From Camelus ferus (lineage: Eukaryota): 64,000 nucleotides of DNA. Numbering within the stretch: position 1 is the stretch's first letter; the number at the start of each line of letters is the position of its first letter. The translations under genes and the position numbers were made by a program. Location: contig NC_045704.1 of NCBI RefSeq assembly GCF_009834535.1, positions 16,616,001 to 16,680,000 of the forward strand, given 5' to 3'. This document shows positions 48,334 to 60,934 of the stretch, one piece after another. The notes beneath the pieces were generated by a model, which saw only the letters and a list, made by a program, of their open reading frames with translations, made no database searches and was not told where the DNA came from.

Positions 48334-49942
48334 TCTTGGCATAAAATAGAATTCCCAAATTAAATGAGGTCCCTTAGGCAATAGGGTATTACGAGAACTC
48401 TTCTTCTGCAAGGTATGAATCCTCTCTGCCCTTAAAGCTCAATCCAGGGGTCTTTAGAAAGCTCACCTGCCAGCATGATGCCAGCTTTCTCAGGCCCAAG
48501 CCTCCTCCGGCTTGAATCCTAATCTTTTTCTTTTTAGTCCACAGCATTAAACTTGACCTCTATCTATGCTTTGAAGGGATCATGTGTTTTCCACCATATT
48601 ATCCACTGCCCAGCACAGGCCTTGCATATAAGCGGTGCAGCTGTATGTGCAGTGTGTGTATGTGTGTGTGTGTGTGTGTGTGTGTAGGGAGGTACTGATG
48701 AAGAGGGAGAGACAGGAGAGGAGTCAGAGAAGGCTTCTTGGAAGAGGTAGAGATGGTGTTTGGGAGGGGAGAAGTACAGAGGTTCTTCTGTTTGAGGCCA
48801 GCTTTGGAGGGTAAGGTTTCTTCAGTCAGACAAGAGGGGAGAAGCACATTCTTGACAGCAATAGCAGGATTTGCAAAGACCCACAGATGTGAAAAGTCCT
48901 GGTGTGCACAGAGAGAGGTGAAAAGTCTGGAATGGCTAGAGTTTATAAAGGGTTGGGAGTGGGAGTAGTAATAGCCACTGTTAATGGAGGACCTGCCACA
49001 TACCAGCAATCTGTATGAATGAGCCTACTGAATCTTCAAAAAAATCTTTTCAGCTGATGGCTCATTTTAAGAGAGGTAGGATGACAAGGCTTCAAATCCT
49101 AGTTCACCCATCTACCAGTTGTTATGACATTGGGCTATCTGTAAATCCTGTTTGTACCTCAGCTTCCTCATCTGTACAAAGGATATAATAATCTGTCTCA
49201 ACATGGTTACAAGTACATAAATTAAGCCCTGGAAGCCATTTTTGTACCAAGAAGGAAACAGGCTAGAGAAGGTAGGTTATTTTGCCTGAAGCTACACAGG
49301 TAGAATGTGGCAGATTTAGGATTCCGACCTAAACACCATCTTGATACAGAATTTGGGCTAACATTTACAAATGAGTTCAACCATACTAGTTGTTGAACTA
49401 AATGCTGAACTACTTCTAGGCTGGTTGGTATATCACTGCTACACCAAGTAATCCTACCCCCAAATGCCACTTTGGACTCTTCCTCCAGCCCCGGACTTTC
49501 CCACAATCCAGCAAGTAAAGGGTTAATGCCTGGCCTAGGAGCATGTTCCACTCTCAGTTCTGATTGGTGCCCATGTTAGTACCCACTGTTAAATATTTGG
49601 AATATTACCTTTCCCCACCCCACTGAATGAAAACCTCAGACAGCTTTGTTGCCCAGAGGGGCAGAGCCTACAGTCAAGGCCCTGTAGGCAGTGAGGGGTG
49701 GAGCTGGGGTCATCTTTGCCTTGCTCACAGCACTGAGCACCCTGAGTCCTGGGGAGGCAGATGCTATGTAAAAATTTATTGTGTCACCACAGGCCTTTCC
49801 TTCCCCTGTCCAGCATTCCTCTCTACCTGTCGACATCCTGCATCAGAGGACTTGTGGCCGAGGTGTGGCTGTGGAAAGCTGGCCAGGGAGGGACACTGCC
49901 CAGCTGCTGCTCTGCTTCTGTCTCCTGTCCCCTCCCCTGGCC

Positions 49943-50018
49943 ATGACAGAGACCCGTGAGCCAGCTGAGACTGGAGGCTATGCCAGCTTGGAAGAAGATG
50001 ATGAGGACCTCTCTCCAG
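49943..50018 (+). CDS. ZNF428: ZNF428 first coding exon (exon spans 49814-50018)
   Basis: ccATGa start, donor G|gtgaga. Confidence 0.95.
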
Positions 50019-53000
50019 GTGAGATGGCCTTAGAGGTGGTGGTGTTGGCTTGAATATCATCCTGGTTTGGGATTGGAGCTCCACTGAGAAATCTTGAGGG
50101 GGAGTGGCTCCTTGTCTCACTAGGTGTTCTATTGTGATTGGGACTTGGTGACCTGCTGTGAGATCCTTTCCTGCTGAGACTTCTGGGGGTTGTAGATTGG
50201 CTGGGATTTCTCTCCTTGCTGTGATCTCTTTCTTTGCTGGAAGTTCTAGATCGGCTGTGGTCTCTCTTCTTTCTGGGAGTTCTAGATTGGCTGTAATCTC
50301 TCTCGTTGCTGGAAGTTCTAGTTTGGCTGTGATCCCTTTCTTTGCTGGAGGTCCAAGTTCGTCTGTGATCTCTCTGTTTTCTGGGGGTTCTAGATCGGCT
50401 GTAATATCTTTCCTCACTGGGGGTTCTAGGTTGGCTGTGGTCTCTTTCTTTTCTGGGGGTTCTAGAGCGGCTGTAATAGCTTTCCTTGCTGGAGGTTCTA
50501 GTTTGACTGTGATCTCTTTCTTTGCTGGAGGTTCGAGGTCGTCTATAATCTCTCTCTTTTCTGGGGGTTCTCGATTGGGTGTAATAGCTTTCCTTGCTGG
50601 AGGTTCTGGATCGGCTGTGAACTCTCTCCTTGCTGGAGGTTCTAGATCGGCTGTGATCTCTCTCCTTGCTGGAAGTTCTAGACCATCTGCAACTTCTCTC
50701 CTTGCTGGGGGTTCTAGATCGGCTCTGGTCTCTCTTCTTGCTGGAGGTTCTAGATCGGCTGTGTTCTCTCTCCTTGCTGGGAGTTCTAGACCACCTGTGA
50801 CTTCTCTCCTTGCTGTGAGTTCTAGATCGGCTCTGGTCTCTCTCCTTGCTTGGAGTTCTAGACCATCTACAACTTCTCTGCTTGCTGTGAGTTCTAGATC
50901 GGCTCTGGTCTCTCCTGGAGGTTCTAGATCGGCTGTGATCTCTCTCCTTACTGGGGGTTCTAGACCATCTGTGACTTCTCTCTTTGCTGGGTGTTCTAGA
51001 TAGGCTGTGGTTTCTCTCCTTGCTGGGAGTTCTAGACCATCTGTGACTTCTCTCTTTGCTGGATGTTCTAGATCGGCTGTGGTTTCTCTCCTTGCTGGGA
51101 GTTCTAGACCGTCTGCAACCTCTCTCCTTGCTAGGGGTTCTAGATTGGTTATAACTTTTCCCTTTGCTGCAGATCCTGGACTGGCTGTGTCTTCCCATCT
51201 GACTGGGAGTTCCCTTTCGGGTACGACTTCTTGCCCTACTATGATTCCTCTTACAACTGTGGCTTCTCACCCTGCTGTGGGTGCTCTTCCGACTGCGACT
51301 TCGGTGCCTGCTAGGGGTGCTAGACTGGCTGTGACTCTGGGGCCTGCTGGGTGCAGTATCCTGGTTGTAACTCTCAACCCTGCTGGACACTTCAGTTGGA
51401 CTGTAACTCCACTTCCTGCTGGGGGTGATCATCTGACTATGGCTCTTCACCCTCCTCGATGATGATGGAGATTGGCTGTAACCTTCCTCCCTGAAGGGAG
51501 TTCTAGTGGGGCTATAACTCTTTGCCCTGCTAGGGGTTACAGCCAGGCTGGAACTCTTCCCCATACCTGAGGCTCCTGGTGGGCTTTCGCTCTTCTTTCT
51601 GCTCGTATTTCTAGGCTGGCTCTCACTCCTTTCCCGGTTGTTGCTTCTTGGTCTGCTGTAACTCTTCCCTGCCCTCTGGTTTTGCTGGGAAGTAGGAGTT
51701 CTCACCCTGCTGGGCATACCTGATCTGGCACCATGAGTTCTTATCCTGCTGGGAGTGCTGGTCCTGTTGGCTGACCTCTTGGAGCTGCGGCTTCCCCTCC
51801 GGCCGGGAGTTCTGCCCCGGCTGCGCGTGCCTCTGTGCCGGGGCCCCTTTACCCCGCTGGCCTTGCTGGCTTTGCTACTCCTGGTGTCAGTGCTGGCCCT
51901 GGTGTCGGTGCTGGCTTTGCTAGGTGTTCGTGCCCTGCTGTGAACTTGGGACTTGCTGCTAGGCTGGTTAGAAGGGGCTGCCTTTGTATTTGCCCATTTG
52001 GTAGATTTGGAACTGCTTGGGCTCGTGACAGAGTTGGGGGCTGTCGATGGCTTGGTGGACACTGAGGAGCTGCTGGGCATCGCCGATCTGGTGGTCTTCA
52101 AGGACCCAGGAGGCTTGGGAGACGCTGTGGGCGTTGAGGGTCCAGTGGATGCCTGAGACATGCCAGGCTTCGAGGTTCTTGTAGGTGGAGAAGGCATGGT
52201 GGCCACAAAAGGGCTTGTGGTTCTGGAAGTCACAGTGGACATGAAAGGCCTGGTAGCCATGGGTGACGACTTGATTGTCTTTCCCAGGCCAACTTCATGA
52301 AGTCACAGTAAGCAGTGAAGACCCTGGAGGGGATGTGGTGTGAAGTCAGAGGTGGGAGGAGAAAGAGGGGTGGGGCCCCAGTCCCCAGCCCAGAGCTGGA
52401 AGTATTTCCTATTTTGCAGCCATTCAGCAAATGCCTCCTGAGGCTGCCTTACGGCTCAGCATTGCTGGAGACACAGAGATGGGTCAGACCCAGGTCCTGC
52501 CTGCCAGGAGTCTCCAGTCTAGACCCTGACCATCACTGCCCAGGCAGTCAGAACGTATTAGGGGGCAGGGAAAGCCTAGATGAGAGAAACACTGACCACC
52601 TGGGCAGTCAGGGAGGACCTCACAGAGAAGGTGACATGGAGCTAGGGCCTTAAAGAGGAGCAGGAGTTTGCTAGTGGAGAAGGAAGAGGTCGCTCCCGGT
52701 GGGAGAAGAACAGAGGCAAAGACCTGGAGGAGGGAAAGCAAGGCCTCGGGGCCACCGGTGTTCATTCAACCCATGTGTCCTGTTGGGGACAGTGAGATGA
52801 GTCAGACCTTCTCTTGAGGGGTTCCCAGCCTGATGGGGGAGACATTCTGGGGCCCAGATGGCTACAGCCATTAGGACAGTGACAAGGAAATGGATCCAGA
52901 GTAAAGGGAACAGGGGAGAGACGTCTAGGGACATCAGGGGTAATTTCATAGAGGACAGGCCCTGTGCTGGATCCTGAATGATGAGTAGGAGGTTACCAGG

Positions 53001-55448
53001 CAGAGTAGGGAACAGCATTCCAGTCAGAGGGACTAGCCCACGCTAAGGCCTCAGGAAATATTTGTTCAATGGCAGAGACAGCAGGACAGGAACAAGTAAG
53101 AGACAGAGGAAGCTGCAGGGAAGGACGTTCAGCAACTATAACCTATTCTTCTAAGCTAGGTGATGCTGGGGACCCAACAATGAGTCAGAGCAGGCCAGCC
53201 TGCTGGTCTAGTGAGGAAAGGACTTTGGAAGGGCACAGCCCTGAGGACTTGGGGCTAGGATAGTTGAAGGGCAAAAGAAAGTGACTTGGGATTAGGAGAT
53301 CTGGGATGCCCTCACCAGGGAGGAAGGCCTCCTTTTGGGTCCTAAAGGATAACAGGAGACATTCCTAGCAGAGGGGATGGCATGTGTGAAAACCTCAGAA
53401 AAGATTTCTCAAATTGAATGCCAGGTGCAAAGTGTTCTAGATGCTAGGGGCACAGTAATGAACAAGATGAAGTCCCTGCTTCTGGGGACAGGCAATAAAC
53501 ACACAAGCAGGTGTTGTATACAATAAACCGAGGAGAATAATAAAGCAGATTTAGGGGCATAGGGTTTGCTGGTTAGACAGATTGGCCAGGGTTTCACTGA
53601 GGTGACACATAAGCAAAGACACAGCAGAGAGGAGGGATCAAGCTTTAGTCCATCTGCAGACAGGATGGCCAAGGCCCTGAGGCAGGTGCCTGCCTGGGGT
53701 GTCAAGGGACATGCAGAGCCCGTGTGGCTGGCTCAGTTGTAACAGGGTCCCTGTGGGCTGCCCATGGAAACTGAGGGAGCGGGGCCAGATAGATGGAGGG
53801 CGAGGCTTTTGCAGTCCTAGGACATGCTTTTGGCAGGCTCCTGCCTCCAAGCCTGAAGAAGTGGTATCTTCCCACCCTGCTGCTCATGTCCGCACCCCCT
53901 TTAACAGCTGCTCGTGTCACCCTTTCCTGTACATTGACTGTATATTTTTTTCCTTTTTTTAACCTAAACTTTTATGAGGCATGTTCTTCATACCCATGAA
54001 ATCACAGTAATATATCTATACTTACAAGGAAATATTTTAACTCACTTAATTATACATTTATATTTATAAAGCCACATTTATCAAAATGTGTATATATATG
54101 TATGTGTTTTAATTTGCTTAAATATCTGTTCCAATGTTTGTCTAAATTGATCCACTTTAAGATAGAAAACAAACTTAAGGTTACCAAAAGTGAAAGGTGG
54201 GAAGGGATAAATTAGGAGTTTGGGACTAGCAGATATACTATATATCTGCTAATATAGGTATAAAATAGTATAACTATACTATGTATAACACTACTGTATA
54301 TAAAATATATAAACAACAAGGCCCTACTGTATAGCACAGGGAACTATATTCAACATCTTATAATAAACTATAATGGAAAAGAATCTGAAAAAGAATACGT
54401 ATTTTTATACTTATGTATGTGTAAGTGAATTGCTTAGCTGTACACCTTTAGTTTAAAAAATAAGATCCCGTGTAGGCCATCACCGTATTTAGCTTTCCCT
54501 ATTAGAGTTGTGTGACTGGAGGTGAGTGAGTCGCCTAACCTCTCTGTGTCTCAGTTTCCCCATTTGTCACTTAGGGATAATAATAATACCTCCTTCAGGG
54601 TTGTTGTGAAGATTAGTTGAGTTAATATATAAAAAATAGGGTTCTTAAAATAGCAGTGGACACTGTTGTCATTTTTATTGTTCCTACTTCTCCTACTTTG
54701 TTCTTTTTAAACCCCCAGGATGCAGTTCTTGAAGATATTTAGTTGCTTGACACCTCGATACTGAGCCTGTGCTGTGTGCCGGGCTCTGTTCTGTGAGATG
54801 GGGAGTCATCTGTGGGAAGAAGAGGGTTGTGGCCCGGCTACCCTCTCCATACCATGGAGAGTCTGAACTGGACTCCGGGAGGCAACAGCCAGGCACAGCC
54901 CTGTGTCCTCTGAGGCCACCATCTTTCCTCATCCATCCCCTATAGGCCCAGAGCATTCCTCTGACTCCGAATACACTCTCTCAGAGCCGGACTCCGAAGA
55001 GGAAGAAGATGAGGAGGAGGAGGAGGAGGAGACCACTGACGATCCTGAATATGACCCCGGCTACAAGGTGAAGCAGCGCCTGGGCGGGGGCCGGGGGGGC
55101 CCGTCCCGCCGGGCCCCCCGTGCCGCGCAGCTCCCGGGCCCCCCAGCCCAGCCCTGCCAGCTCTGTGGCCGCTCACCCCTTGGGGAAGCCCCCCCAGGCA
55201 CCCCACCTTGCCGGCTCTGCTGCCCTGCTACAGCCCCCCAGGATGTGCCAGCCCCTGAAAGCAGGGCCCTTGGGGAGGAAGAGGAGGAGCCACCTCGGGC
55301 TGGGGAGGGCCAACCAGCCGGGAGGGAGGAGGAGGAGGAGGAAGAGGAGGAGGAGGGCACTTACCACTGTACGGAGTGCGAGGATTCCTTCGACAACCTC
55401 GGGGAGCTGCATGGGCACTTCATGCTGCATGCCCGGGGTGAGGTGTAG
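49943..55448 (+). CDS. ZNF428: Zinc finger protein 428, two coding exons (49943-50018, 54946-55448), 192 aa
   Basis: MTETREPAETGGYASLEEDDEDLSP|GPEHSSDSEY...CTECEDSFDNLGELHGHFMLHARGEV*. Exon 2 acceptor at 49813; AATAAA 55597-55602. Confidence 0.97.
49978..52260 (-). CDS. SRRM5: Serine/arginine repetitive matrix protein 5, single coding exon (760 aa from the first ATG; 739 aa from the ATG at 52197 that aligns with human Met1)
   Basis: Uninterrupted ORF, SRTPSKERxHSR repeats, C-terminus GERSSSSSSKLA as in human. Acceptor ccctccag at 52324; AATAAA on minus at 49775-49780. Confidence 0.96.
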   Translation of the reverse strand: MATRPFMSTVTSRTTSPFVATMPSPPTRTSKPGMSQASTGPSTPTASPKPPGSLKTTRSAMPSSSSVSTKPSTAPNSVTSPSSSKSTKWANTKAAPSNQPSSKSQVHSRARTPSKASTDTRASTDTRSSKASKASGVKGPRHRGTRSRGRTPGRRGSRSSKRSANRTSTPSRIRTHGARSGMPSRVRTPTSQQNQRAGKSYSRPRSNNRERSESQPRNTSRKKSESPPGASGMGKSSSLAVTPSRAKSYSPTRTPFREEGYSQSPSSSRRVKSHSQMITPSRKWSYSPTEVSSRVESYNQDTAPSRPQSHSQSSTPSRHRSRSRKSTHSRVRSHSCKRNHSRARSRTRKGTPSQMGRHSQSRICSKGKSYNQSRTPSKERGCRRSRTPSKERNHSRSRTSSKERSHRWSRTPSKERNHSLSRTPSKERSHRWSRTPSKERDHSRSRTSRRDQSRSRTHSKQRSCRWSRTPSKERDQSRSRTHSKERSHRWSRTPSKEREHSRSRTSSKKRDQSRSRTPSKERSCRWSRTSSKERDHSRSRTSSKERVHSRSRTSSKESYYTQSRTPRKERDYRRPRTSSKERDHSQTRTSSKESYYSRSRTPRKERDHSQPRTPSEERYYSRSRTPRKQRDHRRTWTSSKERDHSQTRTSSNERDYSQSRTPRKKRDHSRSRTSSKERDHSKERNPSQSTTPRSLSRKGSHSRSPSPNHNRTPSETRSHSPSRFLSGAPIPNQDDIQANTTTSKAISPGERSSSSSSKLA
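50215..51144 (-). repeat. SRRM5: Coding 36-bp tandem repeat in SRRM5: 26 units (25x36 + 1x30 bp)
   Basis: Recurrent tctaga (Ser-Arg); unit count from the translation matches the 930-bp span. Confidence 0.93.
54160..54460 (+). mobile_element. L1 3' fragment in ZNF428 intron 2
   Basis: gggataaattaggagtttggg...ctactgtatagcacagggaactatattcaa...aatggaaaagaatctgaaaaag. Confidence 0.8.
54946..55448 (+). CDS. ZNF428: ZNF428 last exon (acidic tracts and one C2H2 finger)
   Basis: Acceptor cccctatag, stop TAG ending at 55448. Confidence 0.96.
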
Positions 55449-58400
55449 GCAGGGCCTCTACCCAGGGAGCTTGGCAGAAGGGGTGGGGTGGGTGGGGTGG
55501 GAGAAGGGGGCTGAGGACATTGGGGTGGTCGCAGTGGTCATAGGGATGGGGTCCTGCCAATCTGTGTCGTCTTAGCAGTAGATGTGTGAAGGACAGAATA
55601 AAAGCCAAATTCTGTGTGTGTCAGTCCAGGGTGTGTTTGGTGTGTGTGCGTATATGTGTGTGTATGTACATGTGAGGCATGTGCCTGGGCATTTATCTCA
55701 CCCTCCCCAGGCCCCTTCTTGGGAAACCTTAGGATCATTGTTGCCAAGGTAATTAACATTACCTAAGTGCATGTGTTCAACGTGGTTTCCTTGTACTTAA
55801 TCACAGACTCCATGATGTACTGGGTCAGACACAACAGAATTTTGTTTCTCGTTCACACAATAGTTCAGGGTGGGTGTTCCAGGTGGACAGGTTCCATACG
55901 GTGATTTGAGGACCCAGGCCATCCTGTGAGCCTTTTGTCATTCACATGGTTATGGCTGGGTTCTGCCGGTAGAAGAGGAATAGAGAGCCCAGAGAGGTAC
56001 GCACATTCTCTAGAAGCCCAGCCCAGACGTGGCGCACACTGCTTCCATTTCCCTTCCTTTGCTGAGAGACTAGTCACATGGCCACAGCTCCCTGCAAGGG
56101 AGCCTGGGAGAGGCAGCCTAGCCAAGTGCCCAGAAAGCAGAAGAGAGTTTGTGGAAGACAGCTAGTGCTCTCTGCCACTTCGTCTAAGAACCATCACAAA
56201 GAGGACTTTAATTATAATCATAGCTGTGCTTTCTGAGTGCTTCCTGGGTGCCAAGTGCCAGTCCAAGAGCTTTATATATATTGACTCATAGAAGTTGTGC
56301 ATCTAGGAACTTACAAAAATAGAACCTTAATTATAATTACAGCTGCCATTTCCCAGCACTTCCAGAGTGCTGCATTTGATTTGCATGAGATCATCGGGTC
56401 CTTAGAATAACTCTGCAAAGTAGGGACTGTGATCCATTAGTTCATTTAACAAGTATTTTTGAGTCCTTGCTGTGTGCTAAGCACTGGGAATTCACCAGTG
56501 AAGGAAAAAATTCCTTGTCTTCATGAAGCTTCCATGGAGGAGGGAAGGGGCCACTGGTGGGGACAGATGGTAAATGAGTTAAGATGTTGCCTATGCTGGA
56601 TGGTGGTAAATACTGTGGAGATAAATCAAGCAGAGAAAGGGGAACAGTTCTGGAAGAGGGTACAATTTTAAATAGTGTTGTCCTCCCTAAGGAGGTGGCA
56701 GAGACCTAAGCAGAGACCTGAAAGGGGGAGGGAGGGAGCCAGCCATGCACAGCAGGTGTGGGGAGGCAGGAGCCTGCTCCACCGGTCAAGGCCAGAGGGG
56801 CCGGAGAGGCAAAGGTGGCAGAGCCAGAGCAGTGAGGCCAGAGGGGAGCAGAGAGCCAGCTCATTACAGCCTTCTTGAAACATTGGCTCCCACTCTGAGA
56901 TGGGAGGTACTAATCCGCAGAAGCTTGGCACCAAAGCTTCTTTGAAAATAGAAGCCTAATTATTATAATAGCTACCATTTACTAAGCATTTACTGTGTGC
57001 CAGGCTCTAAGGCGCTTTACGTGTGTTAACTCATAGAAGCTTGGCAACTAAGAACCTTCAAGAATAGAACCTGAATTACCGTAATGGCCATCATTAAGTC
57101 AGCGCTCACAGCGGACCAGGCCCTGGGCTAAGAGCTGTATATGGACAATCACATCGGATCCTTGTGAGGTAGGGACTGTTACTTATTTACTCATTCATTC
57201 AATGGTGGTCTATTGAGCACCTGGGAGATGCAGGCAATATTTGGGGAGCTGGGGATAGAGTGGTGAAAACAGTGAACAATAATCCCTGCCTTTGTGGAGG
57301 TTGTATTATAAAGAGGAAAACAGGTACTTGAATATTTAAGTAAAATATATATAATGAATGGAATGTTAGAAGGTTGTAAGTACTGTGGAGGCAAAGGGGA
57401 GGGGAGTGGGGAGGCTCGTGTGTGTGTGTGTGAAGCAGTTTCAAGTGGCGTAGTCAGGAGAGACTTCACTAAGAAGGTGACATCAGAGCAGAGACCTAAA
57501 GGAAGGGGAGTAGGCCACATGGCTGTCTGTGGGCACAGCGAGTGCAAAGGCCCTGAGGTGGGAGGCTGCTTAGAATGTTTGTGGGAGCGTACTCAGGGCC
57601 ACAAGGCTGTTGCTGAGGAAGGCAGGGGGAAGACTGGTGGGAGGGGAAGGGCAGAGGGGAAGAGGGCCAGGTTGTATAGGCCATTATTCCGACTTCGGCT
57701 TTCTCTCTGAGTCTGAGTCATTGTCATAATCCTTAGAGGCGTAGGGGCTATTATCATGACCATTTTACACCTGCTGTAACCAGGGCACAGAGAGCTTGAA
57801 TAATCTGCTAGAGGTCACACAGCTAGGAAGCAGCAGAGCACAGGTTTGAACCCAGACAGCTGGATACAGGGCACACAATCTTAGCCACTAAGCCACACAC
57901 CATAAGTGGCTGTCCACAGCCACCATCTGATGTGCAGGAGTATATGTGGTCACAAGAATTACTGAGGTTTTTAGAATCACATTAGTTACCAACAAAAAAT
58001 GGGCAGATTTGACATAAAAATGGCAGTTTCTGGCTTCTCTGTGCAATCAGTTGCTGAACCCTCAATCCCACGGGGCAGTAGTTTGCAGGAGCTGAGTCGG
58101 GGGTCATGAACTATTATTAATGGGCCATTCCCTCCCACATGCCCAGTCCCCACTGTCTGCCATCTGGACCCCTCACACCCTGCTTGCCCCAAAGAGTATT
58201 TGCATTTTGACGCCTGTTACAGGACCTTAGACCACAGCATCTTTTACAACCCATGCTTTTCATCCTAGAAGCTCAGAATCTCAGAACGTGACATTTATCC
58301 CCTTTGAGACTTTCCTAAGCGCTATAGCTGAGCATCGCTGAATCTCAGAATTGTCAAAGCAGAAATTCACAGCTCATTAAAACCACACTGATGGATTTTA

Positions 58401-60934
58401 TTTCCTGGGGCAGCATGCCTAAGCCCTCTTCTGCCTTAGGGTTTTCTAAGCACAGATGTAGGGAATTACCCATTCGTCATAAAAGTTCGTAAGGATCACA
58501 AGAGACTAGGGATCAAGACACCTTGGTCTGCTGCCAGTGGGGTCATTCAGTTCTTCAGGGCCCAGTCAGTATATGGAAACCAGGCTAGGAATTCCAAAGA
58601 GGATTCAGTACCGGAAATTGGTTACACGGGTATTAGAAGGCTAAAAGCACAAATGTGGAAAAGTCAAGTAACTGAGAAATTAGTGTCTGCAAGAAGCTCC
58701 CACTTATAGGACTGGGGTACAGAAAAAGAAGTGCAATGACCAGAACCCAGTGGGAGCTTGGAGGATGGGCCACGTGCGGCTGGTGCAGGGACCAGGGACA
58801 AGGTGCCACAAAGCTGCTGCAAGAACCTTGTGCCAAGTATAGAAAGGAGCCCGAACTGCTGCTGGAGGGGTTCCAGCAACAGCCCAAGGCAAGGTAAGGC
58901 CCTTCCCTCTTCCAGCCTTCCTTCTGCCCATACCTTTTGTGGGAAGAACTTAAGGAAGCCAGCTGTCCGGGGAGTCTGGGAAGCATAGTTGTAGAAGGCC
59001 CAGCATCCCGGAGCAGTGTGGAATGGTGGGCTGAGGCTGAGCTAGGTAAACAGCTGGGCACAGTCAAGGAGTTATTTTTTGAGCCGCCACAGTAAGCGCT
59101 GTCCCAGGTTCTGGGGAGGAAGCAGTGAGGAAGACACCACACTTGTTCTCAGGGGTTTGGATTTCAAAGGAAGGACACAGATAATGACATAAACAAGAGT
59201 GATAATTCCAGGTGTTGGAGAATTCTAGGAAGAAAGTACATCAGAGTGAGGGTTGGTAGTGCTGTTTTAGCCAAGGAAGACCTCCCTGAGGTAGCAGGTG
59301 TTGAGACCTGAATAATGAGGAGGTAGCCTTGCAAAATTCTGTGTAAGCAGGAAAGGCAAAAGCCCACCCGGCACGTGCGGCTGGAGTGTAGTGAAGATGA
59401 CAGAAAGGGAGCTGAGATTTCATAGTGAGCTGGGACCCAGTCACTATTGGGTTTTGTGGGCCCAGGTAAGTTCTTTGGATGTTATCTATGGGATGCCATT
59501 GGAGGGTTTTAAATGACTGATGTAAGCTGATTTACATACACACAGGGAGTGGTCCGTTGTAGAGACTGGTGAGGGGGCAGCAGTGATAGCTGACCCAGCC
59601 TCCTGCTACCTTGTTGCTCTGCCATCCTGTGGTTGCTCTCATAGTTCACGATGGCTGGATACCATGTTCACTTTCCAGGCAGGAAGGTGGAGGAAAGGCA
59701 AGTTCCTTTCTGAAGCTTGAAGACTCTACCTAGGAATTTAGTCAGAACTCAGTCACATGGCCACATGTAGCTGCAAGGGAATCTGGGAAATGTAGTCTTT
59801 GTAGCCACCATGTGCCTGGCTAAACATTGGGAGATAGCTCAGTCTCTGCCACATCCATCTCACCTGTGGGCTTTCAAAATACTCCGTTCAAACAGAGCCT
59901 ATGATTGCTGTATGCAAGGCATCGACTGCTGTCTCTAGGGGCAGGGCAGGTAATGTGAGGGAGTAAAACTGGCCCAGTGGAACTCAGCCCAGGGTTGGGC
60001 CTTTTAAGAGCTGAAAATAGGATCTTAATGGGATATCTGCCAGTGTTGGCCAAATACAACAGGAAGCAGAAGGTATCTCTGTTTGACTCCAAACCAGTTT
60101 CCCCACAGGGCCAGGCCAGCTCTGCCCTGAGCTCCCCACTCCCTGTGCCCTTATGTTCTCTGGAAATTCCTGCTCAAAAGCCAGAGTTCCTTGTTTAGAC
60201 ATTTTAATATGGACCTTTTATGTTTTTAGATACTATTTCTGTTTATTCATGCCATCTCACCTACACATATAAAAAATATTCCATGACCAGAATGGTACAT
60301 AAGATTATTTAAATGAATAAATTATCTGGGGAGGAGGGCAAAGCCATCCAATGCCATGGCCCCTCCTTGTGTGGGAAAGCCTGGCAGAAGGCAGGAAGAG
60401 ATCATCGAATTGCAACCCCCGCAAATTCAGAGTACAGCTTCCGATTTTGCTGCCCCATCTCCAAAGGCCCAGGCTGCTCTGCGTCTGGGACCCAGTCATG
60501 GCATTACAGGCCAGTGATACCTCACTCTCCCTGCCCCCTTTCAGGCACAAATCCAGGGCAGTTTGCTCTTAAAGTCCCATTGCATCCATCTGGGAAAAAT
60601 TAATGGTGATTACACAATCTGCAGCTAGTCGCAATTTCAAACTATTTAATTGGGAATGAGGGAGATATGAATAACAGTTTTCCCTCTTTCTTGTTAATTT
60701 TTTTTTAAACAAAAGGTCTTACTATTGTTTGATTTTACTGTTTCCCTGAAGGCTTTTGTGTCCTCCAAAGACTAAAGCTCTAAATGAGCATCTTCTGAGT
60801 CCTATTTATCAGGAGCCCTTTGCCTTTCCGGGGAGGGGGGGGGGGAGCAAATCCCTCTGAGGCTCCTATCCCGTATCAGAGGTGGGTCCCACCAGCCAGA
60901 GTCCCTATGGCCCTGAGTAGGGCTTCAGCCACAC

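Noticed and set aside
50215-51144. CRISPR-like regular 36-bp periodicity
   Set aside because: Contiguous coding tandem repeat without unique spacers, in a mammalian genome.
50158-51462. About 430-codon plus-strand frame with one stop, antisense to SRRM5
   Set aside because: By-product of the repeat. Antisense stops need TTA/CTA/TCA codons, and the only stop mirrors the single CTA Leu. No ATG or splice support.
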